Both the position numbers and the translations under genes were made by a program. Positions 21,902 to 36,072 of a stretch of DNA of 64,000 nucleotides are shown piece after piece (positions within the stretch are counted from its first letter, which is position 1; every line of letters begins with the position of its first letter). The stretch comes from the human T2T-CHM13v2.0 reference genome, Homo sapiens. The DNA lies in assembly GCF_009914755.1 (NCBI RefSeq), contig NC_060937.1. One strand, written 5' to 3'. The notes beneath the pieces were generated by a model that saw only the letters and a list, made by a program, of their open reading frames with translations, was not told the DNA's origin and ran no database searches.

Positions 21902-24900
21902 CTGAAGAAAACAAGAGTTAGTTGTTTTAAATAAAGGTGGTAATTAACATAAATAATTAAGAATATAGTTGTATACTAATTACAAAACTTTAATATGTAA
22001 ACAGTCAAAGGTAATGGTAAAAGAAGATGGTTTACTAAAGGGAGTAATTTAAACATAACAATGTATTTTTATTTAAATTCAGGTAAGATGAATCATATCT
22101 TAAAATTAAAATCCAACTTTTAAATTCATTATCCACTTACGTTCTTATGAGTTTATACATGTCTGAACATATATAATTGTCTACTAAAATAAATTTTGTA
22201 ATTTCTGTGTAGATGAGTAAGAAATATGGAAAGCTCAATGTTAGTGATTTTATTCATTTCTAATAGTCTGATTTATAAAACCTTAACTAAAAATTATTAT
22301 ATGAAGTATATATAAAATGAGTAGATGTAGACTTGGGGTTTTCTTTTGTATTGTGACCAAACTATTATGTGCTCAGATAAAAGAGATCCCCATTTAACAA
22401 GAAAATAGTATGGCAACTCTGTTGACTTCTGATAAACTCTTAAATGGCTTTGAAAAATATGTTTTTTACTTTCTAAAATGAGTAAAGATCATTGCTACTG
22501 ATTATTTTGAAATATTACTCATAATAACTGCATTTTGTTTATGCAACTATGACTTATATCATGACTGCCCCACCTAACAATTATTCTTAACTTTGTGTTT
22601 CCTGTATTTGGCCCTAAATTTTCAAAAGTAAAATCACCCAAATGTCTTTTATGCTTATAATATCATTGGATTTGCTGAAATGACCACTGGGTGGCACAAA
22701 ATTTTGCTCTTTTGCCTTATAAATAGAATGAATAAGAAAATAATTAGATGTGTTTTGGCATTTTCCAAATTTAATAAGTTTAAAATTATCATAAACACTC
22801 TTCTTTTTACTTTTAAAAATTTAAGATGTATCCTAAAAAGGAACATCAAGCTTAATCCATTTTATTCCTGAGTTCTACCAGAGTTCAAGAAAGAAATCAT
22901 ATGTTACTTTAATTTTAAGAATACAGAAAAAGATGAAGCATTTTTAAACTCATGCGAAAAGACTAACATGACCATGACTGCAGATAAAGCAAGTATTCAA
23001 AATATCAATAGCTTTCCTTACTTTGCCATAACAAATCACAAAAGAAGATTACAATCACAATAGGAAAAAGTAGTTATTAAATTTATAGAAATGGACTAAA
23101 AATAAATAAGATGCACTCACTTAAGCAAACTGCAAATCTTTTATGAAAAATCTAAATCTAAATCCTGGGTGAGAAACATTTTTAAAAAATGGAGATAATC
23201 TTAGTCCCGAAATTTCTATCTAAAAAGATGGAAATTTCAGGGAGTCAGAGGAAAAGGGTGGATTGGAGACAGGACCAACCTGCAGGTCCCACTTGGATGG
23301 ACAGAATAGTGTGTAGAAAATCACACTGTGAACTTTTGCTCCAAGAACAACTTCAGAAAAGAATTCACAGACCCTTTGAAAGCAGCATCTTGCTGCTGCA
23401 AACTCCATGAGATGGCTGAAAACCTGTGAGCTCCCAAAGTGTGAGAAGGGGAAAAGTCAGCCTCTGAACACACATCCTCACTGGGGAACCTGAAAATGCA
23501 GGTCATGAAAGAAGGATCTGACCTTACCTATAGCTGAAATGGATTTAGGTAGCTAAGTGAAATATACAAGTAGAAGAAGCAGCAGGGAGAGCCCTGTAGG
23601 CACTCCCTGTCCCCAGCTTAAGACCAGGGAAGCCATTCCTGGCCATGTCTCACAGGGATCCTTGGGGAAGGCAGCCAGCAAAACTCGGGAGGGGCACAGA
23701 GTGAAGGACACTCCTAATTGAACTGACAATAATTTCCACTGAGCAAAACTTTTCTTGAGCAGAATTGGGGTGGGGGAGCAAACAGGAAGTGCAGATACCA
23801 GCATAGAAGTTGCAGCCAAAGGTGCAGGCAGGTGGGGAGAGGTGAGGCCTGGGAGCCATGCTTGCTTTCTCAGTGGGGAGGCTTGTAGCCTGGGGCAAGA
23901 TTTCAGCCCTGCTTGCGGCTGCCTGGATGTAAACTCAGTGCTGTGAGTGGGGCACAGCGAGAGTGAGATGGCCTTGCTGGCTGTGTGGGAGCTGGGTGAA
24001 GCCTGTCACTGCCAGCTTTCCTCCACTTCCAGGCAACCTTTATGATGTAGCAGAGGCAGCCATAATCCCCCTAAGAACATAACTCCACTGGCCTGGGAAC
24101 CACACCCCCATCTGCCACAGTGGCAGCAGCAAGCACCATCCAAGGAGAGTCTGAGCTCAGACCCACCTAACTGTGCCCTCACCTGATGGTTTTTCTCTAC
24201 CCACCCCGATAGCCAAAGACAAATGACATAAACTCTTGGGAGCTCTATGGCCCCACCCATCACCTAAGAAACCCGAGTACTTATCCTGGCCAATCTAGGG
24301 CAAGCTTATATCCCCTTTCTTCTACCACAGCTGGTGCTCTCTTCCAAGTGCCACCTGCCAGTTGAAGGCCAACCAACTCAAGCTATTACAGCAACTCATA
24401 CGAGAACAATCCTGCTCCAAAGAAGCTAACCAGAGCTGTGTCCCCAATCAGCTTCACTCCTAGCATAACCAGCATTCAATAAAGCCAGGGCACTAAACAA
24501 AACTACAACCAAGGACTCCCACAGAGTCTGCTTCACTCCCCTGCCACCTCCACTGAAGCAGGTGCTGTTATCCACGGGTGGGAGACTCGAAGACAAATCA
24601 CATCACAGGACTCTGCAGACATCCCCAGTACCACCATGGAGGCTGGTAGCACTGCTGGGTAGCTAGACCCAGAAGGACAATAACAATCACTGAAGTCTGG
24701 CTCTCAGGAAGCTCCATCCCTAGAAAAAGGAGGAGAATACCACATCAAAGGATCACCCTGTGGGGGAAAAAAATCTGAACAACCACCCTTGAGTTCCAGA
24801 TCTTTTCACTGAAACAGTCTACACAAATAAAAAAAAATCAGAAAAGTAATTCTGGTAATATGACAAATCAAGGTTCTATAACACCCCAAAAAGATCACAC

Positions 24901-27297
24901 TAGCTCTCCAGCAATGGATGCAAACCAAGAAGAAATCTCTGAATTGCCAAATAAAGAATTCAGAAAGTTAATTATTAAGCTACTCAAGGAAGCACCAGAG
25001 AAAGGTAAAAACCAACTTAAAGAAATTTAAAAAACAAGCTCTGAGGGAAAAATGGCAGATGGGAAGCAGGACTAGATTCCAGCTCCCACTCAGATAGAGA
25101 GCAGTGTGTGGAGACTTGCATCATGAATTTTTGCTCCAGAACTACTGCAGGAGTAATTCACGAAAGTCAAGAAAACCCACAGACCTTCTGAAAAAAGTGG
25201 ATTGCTCCTGCAGGACCAGGAAAACAACCCAAATACTGTAAGTGCCAAGCTTTGAAAGTGAGAAAGGGGGAGCATCTGCCCCTGAACACATACCCTCACT
25301 GGGAAACCTGAAGGTCTAGATCATAGGAGAAGGATCTGATCTTACCTGGGGCTGAGTCAATTTAGAGATCTGAGCAAAGCACAGAGGTAGATGAAGCAGC
25401 AGAAAAAGCCCTGTGGGCTCTCTGGGTCCCCCAGGAAGCTATTTCATACCTGTCTCACAGGGGTCCTTGGGGAGAGCTGCCAGAGTTGCGGAAAGACCAC
25501 AGTAAGAAGGAAACCTCCAGCTGAACGTTGTTAACAATTCCAACCGAAGGCGAAGTCTCCTGGCCAAAACTTGGGGGAGGGCATGAATCCTGTGTGCACA
25601 CTCAACAGTGGGGAAGCACGAAAACCCTGCTTGCTTTTGCACCTGGGATGCTGGTAGCCTGGGGCAAGTTCTCAGCCTTGCTCACCTACTGTCTGGAAAC
25701 AGACTCAGAGCTGTTGGTAGGGGTGCACAGTGGGAGTGAGACCAGTCTTTTGGGTTGTGTGGGAGCTGGATGAGGCCTGTGACTGACAGCTTTCCCCAAC
25801 TTCCCTGACAACCTGCATGACACAGCGGAGGCAACCATAATCCTCCTAGGAACACAACTCCATTGACCTGGGAACCACACCTTCATCTCCCAGAGCAGTT
25901 ACAGAAAGACCTGCCCAAGGAGAGTCTGAGCTCAGACATGCCTAGCCCTGCCCCAACCTGACGGTCCTTCCCTACCCACCCTGGTAGCTGAAGACAAAGG
26001 ACATGTACTCGGGAGTTCTAGGGCCCCACCCACTGTCTATTCTCCTTATACTACCACAGATGCTCTCTTGAAAGCATCACCTCCTGGCAAGAGGCCAACC
26101 AGCACAAAAATAGTGCATTAAACAACCAAAACTAAGGACCCTCACAGAGTCCATTTCACTCCCATGCCACCTTCACCAGAGCAGGTACTGGTATCCATGG
26201 CTGAGAGACCTGCAGACAGTCTACATCACAGGACTCTGTGCAGACACCTCCCAGTACCAGCCTGGAGCCTGGCAGCCCTGTTGGGTGGCTAGATCCAGAA
26301 GAGAGGTAACAATCGCTGCAGCTCAGCTCTCAGGAAGCCACATCCCTAGGAAAAAAGGGAGAGTACTACATCACAGGAATAGCCTGTGGGACAAAAGAAT
26401 CTGAACAGCAGCCTTGAGCCCTAGATCTTCCCTCTGACGTAGCCTACCCAAATGAGAAGGAAACAGATAAACAATTCTGGTAATATGACAAAACAAGGTT
26501 CTTTAACACCTCCAAAAAATCACATTAGCTCACCAGCAATGGATCCAAACCAAGAAGAAATCCCTGATTTACCTGAAAATGAATTCAGAAGTTCAGTTAT
26601 TAAGCTAATAAAGGAGGCACCAGAGAAACGTGAAGTCCAATTTAAGGATATCCAAAAAATGATACAAGAAATGAGGGGAGATATCTTCAGTGAAATACAT
26701 AGCATAAATAAAAAACAATCACAGCTTCAGGAAATAAAGGATGCACTTCGAGAAATGCAAAATGTTCTGGAAACTCTCAGCAATAGAATCAAACAAGCAG
26801 AAGAAAGAATTTCAGAGCTCGAAGACAAAGTTATTGAATTAACCCAATCCAACAAAGACCACGAAAAAAGAATAAGAAAAAATGAACAAAGCCTCCAAGA
26901 AGTTTGGGATTATGTTAAGTGACCAAACCTAAGAATGATTGGTGTTCCTGAGGAAGAAGAGAAATCTACAAGTTTGGAAAACATATTTTGGGAAATAATC
27001 AGGGAACACTTCCCCAGCCTTGCTAGAGACCTAGATATTCAAATAAAATAAGCTAAAAGGACATCTGGGAAATTCATCATAAAAAGATCATCACCTAGGC
27101 ACACTGTCATCAGGTTATCTAAAGTCAAGATGAAGGAAATAATCCTAAGAGCTGTGAGGCAAAAGCACCAGGTAACCTATAAAGAAAAATCTATCAGATT
27201 AACAGATTTCTCACCAGAAACTCTACAAGCTAGCAGTGATTGGGGCCCTATCTTCAGCTTCCTTAAACAAAACAATTATCAGCCAAGAATTTTGTAT

Positions 27298-27395
27298 AAG
27301 GTGGACCAGATGGCTCTCACCTTCCCATGTCTAAGGTGGACCAGATGGCTATTACCTTGCCGTGTCTAAGTTGGATCAGATGGCTCTCGCCTTGC
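27298..27395 (+). repeat. 35-bp satellite island 1 (~2.8 units)
   Basis: Unit ~AAGGTCGACCAGATGGCTCTCGCCTTGCCATGTCT. Confidence 0.93.
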
Positions 27396-27565
27396 AGCTT
27401 CATAAATGAAGGGAAGATGTAGTCTTTTTCAGACAAACAAATGCTGAGAAAATTCACCACTACCAACCCAGCACTACAAGAACTGTAAAAGGAGCTCTAA
27501 ATTTTGAAACAAATCCTGGAAACACATAAAAACAGAAACTCTTTAAAGCATAAATCTCCCAGAAC

Positions 27566-27880
27566 AAGGTCGACTAGATGGCTCTCACCTTGCCATGTCT
27601 AAGGTCGACCAGATGGCTCTCGCCTTGCCATGCCTAAGGTTGACCAGCTGGCTCTTGCCTTGTCATGGCTGAGGTTGACCAGATGGCTCTTGCCTTGCCA
27701 TGCCTAAAATTGACCAGATGGCTCTCACCTTGCTATGCCTAAGGTCGACCAGATGGCTCTCACCTTGCCATGTCTAAGGTTGACCAGATGGCTTTTGTGT
27801 GCCTATGTCTAAGGTCAACCAGATGGCTCTCACTTTGTTCTATGTAAGGTCAACTAGAGGGCTCTCACTTTTCCATGTCT
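27566..27880 (+). repeat. 35-bp satellite island 2 (9 units)
   Basis: Units start at 27566, 27601, 27636 ... 27846; 315 bp = 9 x 35. Confidence 0.95.
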
Positions 27881-30237
27881 CATAGGACCTATAAAACAAT
27901 AACACAATGAAAAAAAAACATAGTATACAGGCAACAAATAGCATGATGAATGGAATAGTACCTCACATCTCAATATTAACATTGAATGTTAATGGTCTAA
28001 ATGCTCTGCTTAAAAGATATAGAATTGTAGAATGGATAAGAATTCACCAACCAACTATTTGCTGCCTTCAAGAAACTCACCTAACACATAAGGACTCATG
28101 TAACTTAAGGTAAAGGGGTGAAAAAAAAAACATTCCATGCAAATGGACACCAAAAGTAACCAGGAGTAGCTATTCTTACATCAGACAGAAAAAACTTTAA
28201 AGAAACAGCAGTTAAAAAAGATGAAGAACATTATATAATGATAAAAAGCCTTGTGCAACAGAAAAATATCACAATCCTAAATATATATGCACCTAACACT
28301 GGAGCTCCCAAAGTTATAAAACAATTACTGCTAGACCTAAGAAATGAGATAGACAGCAACACAATAATATAAGGGACTCCAATACTCCACTGACAGCACT
28401 AGACAGGTCATCAAGACAGAAAGTTGATGAAGAAACAATGGATATAACCATACCCTGGAACAAATGCACTTAACAGATATTTACAGAACATTCTATCCAA
28501 CAAGTGCAGAATATACATTCTTTTCATCAGTGCATGGAACTTTCTCCAAGATAGACTATATGATAGGCCACAAAATAAGTCTCAATAAATTTAAGAAAAC
28601 TAAAACTATATCAAGTACTCTCTCAGACCACAGTGGAATACAATTGGAAATCAACTCCAAAAGGAACCTTCAAACCATGCAATTACAGGGAAATTAAATA
28701 ATCTGCTCCTGAATGATCACTGGGTCAACACTGAAATCAAGAAGGAAATTTAAAAATTCTTCAAACTAAAAGATAATAATGACACAACCTATCAATACCT
28801 CTGGGATATAGCAAAGGAGGTGCTAAGAGGAAAGTTTATAGCCTAAATGCCTACATCAGAAAGTCTGAAAAAGCACAAATATACCATCGAACATCACACC
28901 TCAAGGAACTAGAGAAATAAGAACAAATCGAAGTCAAACCCAGTAGAAGAAAGGAAATAACCAAGATCAGAGCAGAACTAAATGAAATTGAAACAAACAA
29001 ACAAACAAAAATCAGAAAGATAAATGAAACAGAAAGCTGATAGTTTGAAAAGATAAACAAAATTCATAGACCATTAGCAAGATTAATAAAGAAAAGAAGA
29101 GAGAAATTCCAAATAAGCTCAATTAGAAAAGAAATGAGAGATATTACAAACAACACCACAGAAATACAAAAGATCATTCAAGGCTACTATGAACACCTTT
29201 ATGCACATAAACCAGAAAGTAAAGAAGATGGATATATTCCTGGATAGACAAAACCCTCCTGGCTTAAATAAGAAAGAAATAGATAACCTGAACAGGCCAA
29301 TAACAAGCAGCAATATTAAAATAGTAATAAAAAAATTACCAACAAAAATGTCCAGGACCAGATAGATTTACAGTTGAATTCTACCAGACATTCAAAGAAT
29401 TGGTACCAATCCTATTGACACTATTCCACAAGACAGAGAAAGAGGGAATCCTCCCTAAATCATTCTATGAAGCCAGTATCACGCTAACACCCAAACCAAG
29501 AAAGAACATAACAAAAAAAGAAAACTACAGACCATTATCCCTGATGAACATAGATGTAAAAGTCCTTAACAAAATACTAGCTAACCATGTCCAACAATAT
29601 ATCAAAAAGATAATCTATCATGATCAAGTGGGTTTCATACCAGGGATGTAGGGATGGTTTAACATACACAAATCAATAAATGTGATACACCACATAAAGA
29701 TAATTAAAAACAAAAATCACACGATCATCTCAATAGATGCAGAAAAAGCATTGGACAAAATCCAGCATAACTTTATGATTTAAACCCTCAGCAAAATTGG
29801 CATCCAAGGGTCATACCTCAATGTAATAAAAGCGATCTATGACAAAGCCACATCCAAAATTATACTGAATAGGGAATAGCTGAAAGCATTCCCTCTGAGA
29901 ACTGGAACAAAACATGGGTGCCCACTCTTACCTCTTCTATTCAGCATAGTACTGGAAGTCCTATCCAGAACAATCAGATAAAAGAAAGAAACAAAGAGCA
30001 TCCATATCAGTAAAGAGGAAGTCAAAGTGTCATTGCTTGCCAAAGATATAATTGTATACCTAGAAAACCCTGAAGACTCCTCCAAAAAGCTCCTAGAACT
30101 GATAAATGAATTCAGCAAAGTTTCAGGATACAAAATCAATGTACACAAATCAGTACAAAGTTTGCTGAGTTCGTTTATCAGCTCTAGGCGATTTTTGGAG
30201 GAGTCTGAAGGGTTTTCTAGGTATACGATCATATCAT

Positions 30238-31012
30238 CATGACAAGGCAAGTGCCATCTGATCAACCCTAGACATGGGAAGACAAGAGCCATCTGGTTGA
30301 CCTTAGACATGGCAAGGTGAGAGCCTTCTGGTCGACCTTAGACATGGCAAAATGAGAGCTATCTTGTCGACCTTAGACATGGCAAGGTAAGAGCCATCTG
30401 GTTAACATTCAACATGGGAAGGTGAGAACCATCTGGTTGACCTTAGACATGGCAAGGCAAGAGCCATCTGGTCGACCTAGACATGGCACGGCAAGGATGA
30501 TCTGGTTGACCTTAGACATAGCAAGGCGAGAGTCATCTGGTCAACCTTAGACATAGGAAGATGAGAGCCATCTGGTCGACCTTAGACATGGGAATGTGAC
30601 AGCCATCTGGTTGACCTTAGACACAGCAAGGCAAGAGCCATCTGGTTGACCTTAGATATGGGAAGGTGACAGCCATCTGGTCCACCATAGACATGGGAAG
30701 GCGAGAGCCATCTCATCGATCTTAGACATGGGAATGCAACAGCCATCTTGTCAACCTTAGACATAGCAAGGTGAGAGCCATCTGGTCCACCTTAGACATG
30801 GCAAGGGGAGAGCCATCTGGTTAACCTTAGACTTAGAAAGGCGAGAGCCATCTGATCGACCTTACTCAGAATAAGGCAACGTCATCTGGTTGACCTTAGA
30901 CATAGGAAGGCAAGGGCCATCTGGTTGCCTTAGACATGGCAAGGCAATAGCCATCTGGTCAACCTCAGACATGTGAAGGCAAGATCCATATGGTAGACCT
31001 TAGACATGGCAA
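30238..31012 (-). repeat. 35-bp satellite island 3 (~22 units, reverse orientation)
   Basis: Plus strand reads AGACATGGCAAGGCGAGAGCCATCTGGTCGACCTT repeats, the reverse complement of the unit in islands 1 and 2. Confidence 0.95.
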
Positions 31013-34000
31013 ATTCAGCGAAGCTTCACAATATAAAATCAATGTACACAAACCAGTAGCTCTACTATACACCAACAGTGACCAAGCTCAGAATCAAATA
31101 AAGAACTTAACCCCTTTTACAATAGCTGCAAAAAGACCAATACTTACAAATATACCTAACCAAGGGATGAAAGACCTCTACAAGGAAAACTACAAAACAC
31201 TGCTGAAATAAATCATAGATGACACAAACAAATGGAAACACATCCCATGTGCATGGATGGGTAGAATCAATATTGTGAAAATGACCATACTGCCAAAAGC
31301 CATCTATAAATTCGATGTAATTCCCTTCAAAATACCACCATCATTTTTCAGAGAACTAGAAAAAACAATCTTAAAGTTTGTATAGGTAAAAAAAAAAAAA
31401 AAGCCTGCACAGTCAAAGCAAGACTAAGCAAAAAGAACAAATTGGGAGGCATCACATTACCTGATTTCAAACTATACTACAAGGCCATAGTCATCACCAA
31501 AACAGCATGGTATTCGTATAAAAACAGGCACATAGAACAATTGAACAAATAGAGAACCCAGAAATAAAGCAAAATACTTACCACCAACTGATCTTTGACA
31601 AAGCAAACAAAAACATAAAGTGGGGAAAGGATACCGTATTCAACAAATGGTGCTGGGATAATTGGCAAGTCACATGTAGGATAGTGAACCTGGATCCCCA
31701 TCTCTCACCTTATACAAAAATCAACTCAAGATGGATCAAGAACTTAACTCTAAGACCTGAAACTGTAAAAATTCTAGAAGATAACATCAGAAAACCCTTT
31801 GTAGACATTGGTTTAGGCAAGGATTTTGTGACCAAGAACCCAAAATCAAATGCAATAAAAACAAAGATAAATAGCTAGGACTTAAATAAACTAAAGAGTA
31901 TTTGCCCAGCAAAAGGAACAGTCAACAGAGTAAAGAGACAACCCACAGAGTGGGAGAAAATCTTCACAATCTACCCATCTGACACAGGACTAATATCCAG
32001 AAATTAACTCAAAGAAATTAGCAAGATAAAACCAAACAATCCCATCAAATAGTGAGCTAAGGACATGAACAGACAATTCTCAAAAGAAGATATACAAATG
32101 GCAACAAACATATGAAAAAATGCTCAACATCACTAATGATCAGGGAAATGCAAATCAAAACCACAATGTGATACCACCTTACTCCTGCAAGAATGGCCAT
32201 AATAGAAAAATTAATAATAATAGATGTTGGCATGGATGCAGTGAATAGGGAACACTTCTGCCCTACTGGTGGGAATCTAAACTAGTACAATCACTATGGA
32301 AAACAGTGTGGAGATTTCTCAAAGAACTAAAAGTAGAACTAACATTTGATCCAGCAATCCCACTACTGGATATCTACCTAGAGGAAAAGAAGCCCTTTAT
32401 GAAAAAGATTTTGCACATACATGTTTATAGCAGCACAATTCGCAATTGCAAAAATATAGAACCAACCGAAATGACTATCAATCAATGAATGGATAAAGAA
32501 ACTGTGGTATACATATATGAAGGAATACTACTTAGCCACAATAAGGAATGAAGTAATGGCATTTGCAGCAACCTGGATGGGATTGGAGACTATTATTCTA
32601 AGTGAAGTAATTCAGAAATGGAAAACCAAACATCTATGCCCTCACTCATAAGTGGGAACTAAGCTATGAGGATGCAAAGGCATAAGAATGGCACAATGAA
32701 CTTTGGGGACTCAGGGGAAAGGGTAAGAAGGTGAGGGATAAAAGACTACAAATTGGGTTCAGTTTACTGCTCAGGTGATGGGTGCAATCACCACTAAAGA
32801 ATTTATGTAACTGAATACCACCTGTTCCCCAAAAACCTATGGCAATAAAAAAATTAAAAAATAAAGAAACTAAAAACAGTACAGCATGTGGTTGAAAGAG
32901 TCTCCAGAGAAATAGATATCACATAGAAAAGACAATCACAACTTTTGGAAATGAAAGACACACTTAGAGAAAAGCAAAATACAGTGGAAAGTTTCAAGAA
33001 CAGATTTCAAACAAATAGAAGAAAGAAATTCAGAGTTTGAAGACAAGGTTTTCAAATTAGCCTAATCTGACAAAGACAAAGAAAAAAGAATTAAAATAAA
33101 TAAGCAAACCTCCAAGAAATGTGAAATTATGTTAAACAACCAAACATAAGAATACTTGCTGTTCCTGAGGAAGGAGAGAAATTTAAAAGTTTGGAAAATG
33201 TATTTGAGAAAATAATAGAGGAAAACTTCCCTGGTCTTGCTAGAGATCTAGACATCCAAATACCAGAAGTTCCAAGAACACCCTGGAAATTCATCACAGA
33301 AATTATCACCACCTAGGCACATAGTCATCAGGTTATCTAAAGTCAAGATGAAGGAAAACAATTTTAAGAGCTGTGAAGCAAAAGCATCAGGTAACCTATA
33401 AAGGAAAATCAACCAGATTAACAGCAGATTTCTCAGCAGAAACCCTACAAGCCAGAATAATTGGCATTCTATCTTTAGCCTCCTTAAACAAAAAAATTAT
33501 CAGCTAAAAATTTTGTATCTAGTGAAACTAAGCTTCCTAAATGAAGAGTGGTAAAGTCCTTTTCCAACAAAAAATGCTGAGAGAATTCACCACTACCAAG
33601 CCAGCACAAAAAATGCTAAAAGGAGCTCTAAACCTTGAAACAAAACCTCCACAGACACCAAAATAGAACCTCCTTAAAGGATAAATCTCATAGGGCCTAT
33701 AAAACAATAACACAATGAAAAAAACCCAAGGTATTCAGGCAACAACTGGCATGATAAACAGAAGTCCCTCACATGTCAAAACTAACATTTAATGTAAATG
33801 GCCAAATGTTCCACTTATAAGACACGGAATGGCAGAATGGATAAAAATCCACCAACCGTTTCCTGTCTTCCAGAGACTCACCTAACACATAAGGACTCAC
33901 ATAAACTTAAGGCAAAGGAGTAGAAAAAGACACTCCATCTAAATAAAAATGAAAAGTAAGCAGGAGTAGCTGTTTTTATATCAGACAAAACAGACTTTAA

Positions 34001-36021
34001 AGCAACAACAGTAAAAAAAGATAAAGAGAGACATTATATAATGATAAAAGGATTAGTTCAACTGGAAAAAGATCACATTCCTAAATGTATATGCACCTAA
34101 CACTGGAGCTCCCAAATTTATAAAACAACTACTACTAGACCTAAGAAATAAAACAGATGCCAACACAATAATAGTGGGAGACTTCACTCCTCCACTGATA
34201 GTACTAGACAGGTGATCACGACAGAAAGTTGACAAAGGAGCAATGAACTTAAACTATACCCTGGAACAAATGGACTTAACAGATATTTACAGAACACTAT
34301 ACCCAATAACTGCAGAATATACATTCTTTTCATCAGCACATGGAGCATTCTTCAAGATAAAACATATGATAGGCCACAAAACAAGTCTCAATAAATTTAA
34401 AAAAACTGAAATTATATCAAGTACTGTCAGACCACAGTGGAATAAAACTGGAAATTAATTCCAAAAAGAACCCTCAAAACTAAACAAATACATGAAAACT
34501 AAATAATGTGCTCCTGAATGGTCTTTAAACAATGAAATCAAGAGGGAAATTTAAAAATTGTTTGAACTGAATGATAATAGTGACGTAACCTATCAAAACC
34601 TCTGGGATACAGCAAAGGCGGTGCTAAGAGGAAAGTTCATGGTGTTAAATGTCTACATCAAAATGTCCGAAAGTGCACAAATAGACAATCGAAGCTCACA
34701 CCTCAAGGAACTAGAGAAACAGAACAAACAAAAGGCAAACCCAACAGAAGAAAAGAAATAACCAAAATCAGAGCAAAACTCAATGAAATTGAAACAAAAC
34801 AGAACAAAACAACACAAAAGATAAATGAAACAAAAAGCTGGTTCTTTGAAAAAATAAACAAACTCCATAGACCATTAGTGAGAGTAACAAAGAAAAGAAG
34901 GAAGAAGATCCAAATAAGCTCAATTAGAAATGAAATGGAAGATTTACGACCAATACCAGAGAAATCATTCAAAGCTACTATGAACACCTTTATGCACATA
35001 AACTAGAGAACCTAGAGGAGATGGATAGATTCCTGGAAATATACAACACGCCTAGATTAAACCAGGAGGAAATAAAAACTCTGAACAGACCAATAACAAG
35101 TAGCAAGATTGAAACAGAAATTTAAAAATTGCCAATAAAAAAAGCTCAGGACCAGATGGATTCACAGCTGAATTTTATCAGACATTCAAAGAAGAACAGA
35201 TACCAATCCTACTGAAAGTATTCCAAAAGAGAGAGAAAGAGGGAATCCTCCCTAAATCATTCTATGAGGTTAGTATCACCCTAATACCAAAAACAGGAAA
35301 GGACATAACAAAAAAAGGAAACTACAGACTGGAATACCTGATGAACATAGATGCAAAAATCCTTAACAAAATACTAGCTAACTGAATCCATTAGCATATC
35401 AAAGAGATAATACACCACGATCAAGTGGGTTTCATATCAGGGATGCAGAGTTGGTTTACCTTATGCAAGTCAAAAACTGTGGTACACCACATAAAGAGAA
35501 TTTTTTTAAAAATCACATGATCACCTCAATAGAGGCAGAAAAATCATTTGACAAAATCCAGCATACCTTTATGATTAAAACCCTTAGCAAAATCAGCATA
35601 GAAGAGACATACCTTGAGGTAATAAATGCCATCTATGACAAACCCATAGCGAACATCATACTGAGTAGGGAAATGTTGAAATCATTCCCCCTGAGAATTG
35701 GAACAAGATAACAATGCCAATTTTCACCACTTCTATTCAACATAGTACTGGAAGTCCTAGCCAGAGCAATCGGACGTGAGAAAGAAACAAAGGGCATCCA
35801 TATCAGTAAAGAGGAAGTCAAACTGTTGCTGTTCACCAGTGATATGATCATATACCTAGAAAACCCTAAAGACTCATCCAAAAATCTCCTAGAACTGATA
35901 AATGAATACAGTAAAGTTTCAAGATACAAAACCATGTACACAAATCAGTAGCATTGCTATACACCAAAAGTGACCAAGTTGAGAATAAAATAAAGAACTC
36001 AACCCCTTTTAAAACAGCAGC

Positions 36022-36024
36022 AAA

Positions 36025-36067
<43 letters not shown>

Positions 36068-36072
36068 AATAA
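36022..36072 (+). repeat. (TAAA)n microsatellite in L1 ORF2
   Basis: Direct reading. Confidence 0.9.

Larger units (their letters stand above)
25037..32862 (+). mobile_element. Full-length L1PB1-like inner element inserted in ORF1 of the outer L1PB
   Basis: 5'UTR, ORF1 fragment 26452-26922 (MRRKQINNSGNMTKQGS...), decayed ORF2, 3' end ccacctgttccccaaaaacctatgg; degenerate TSD AAAGAAATTTAAAAAACA/AAAGAAACTAAAAACA. Confidence 0.88.

Noticed and set aside
27298-31012. 35-bp repeats as a CRISPR array
   Set aside because: Units are head-to-tail with no unique spacers, there are no cas genes, and the context is a primate L1; this is a satellite.
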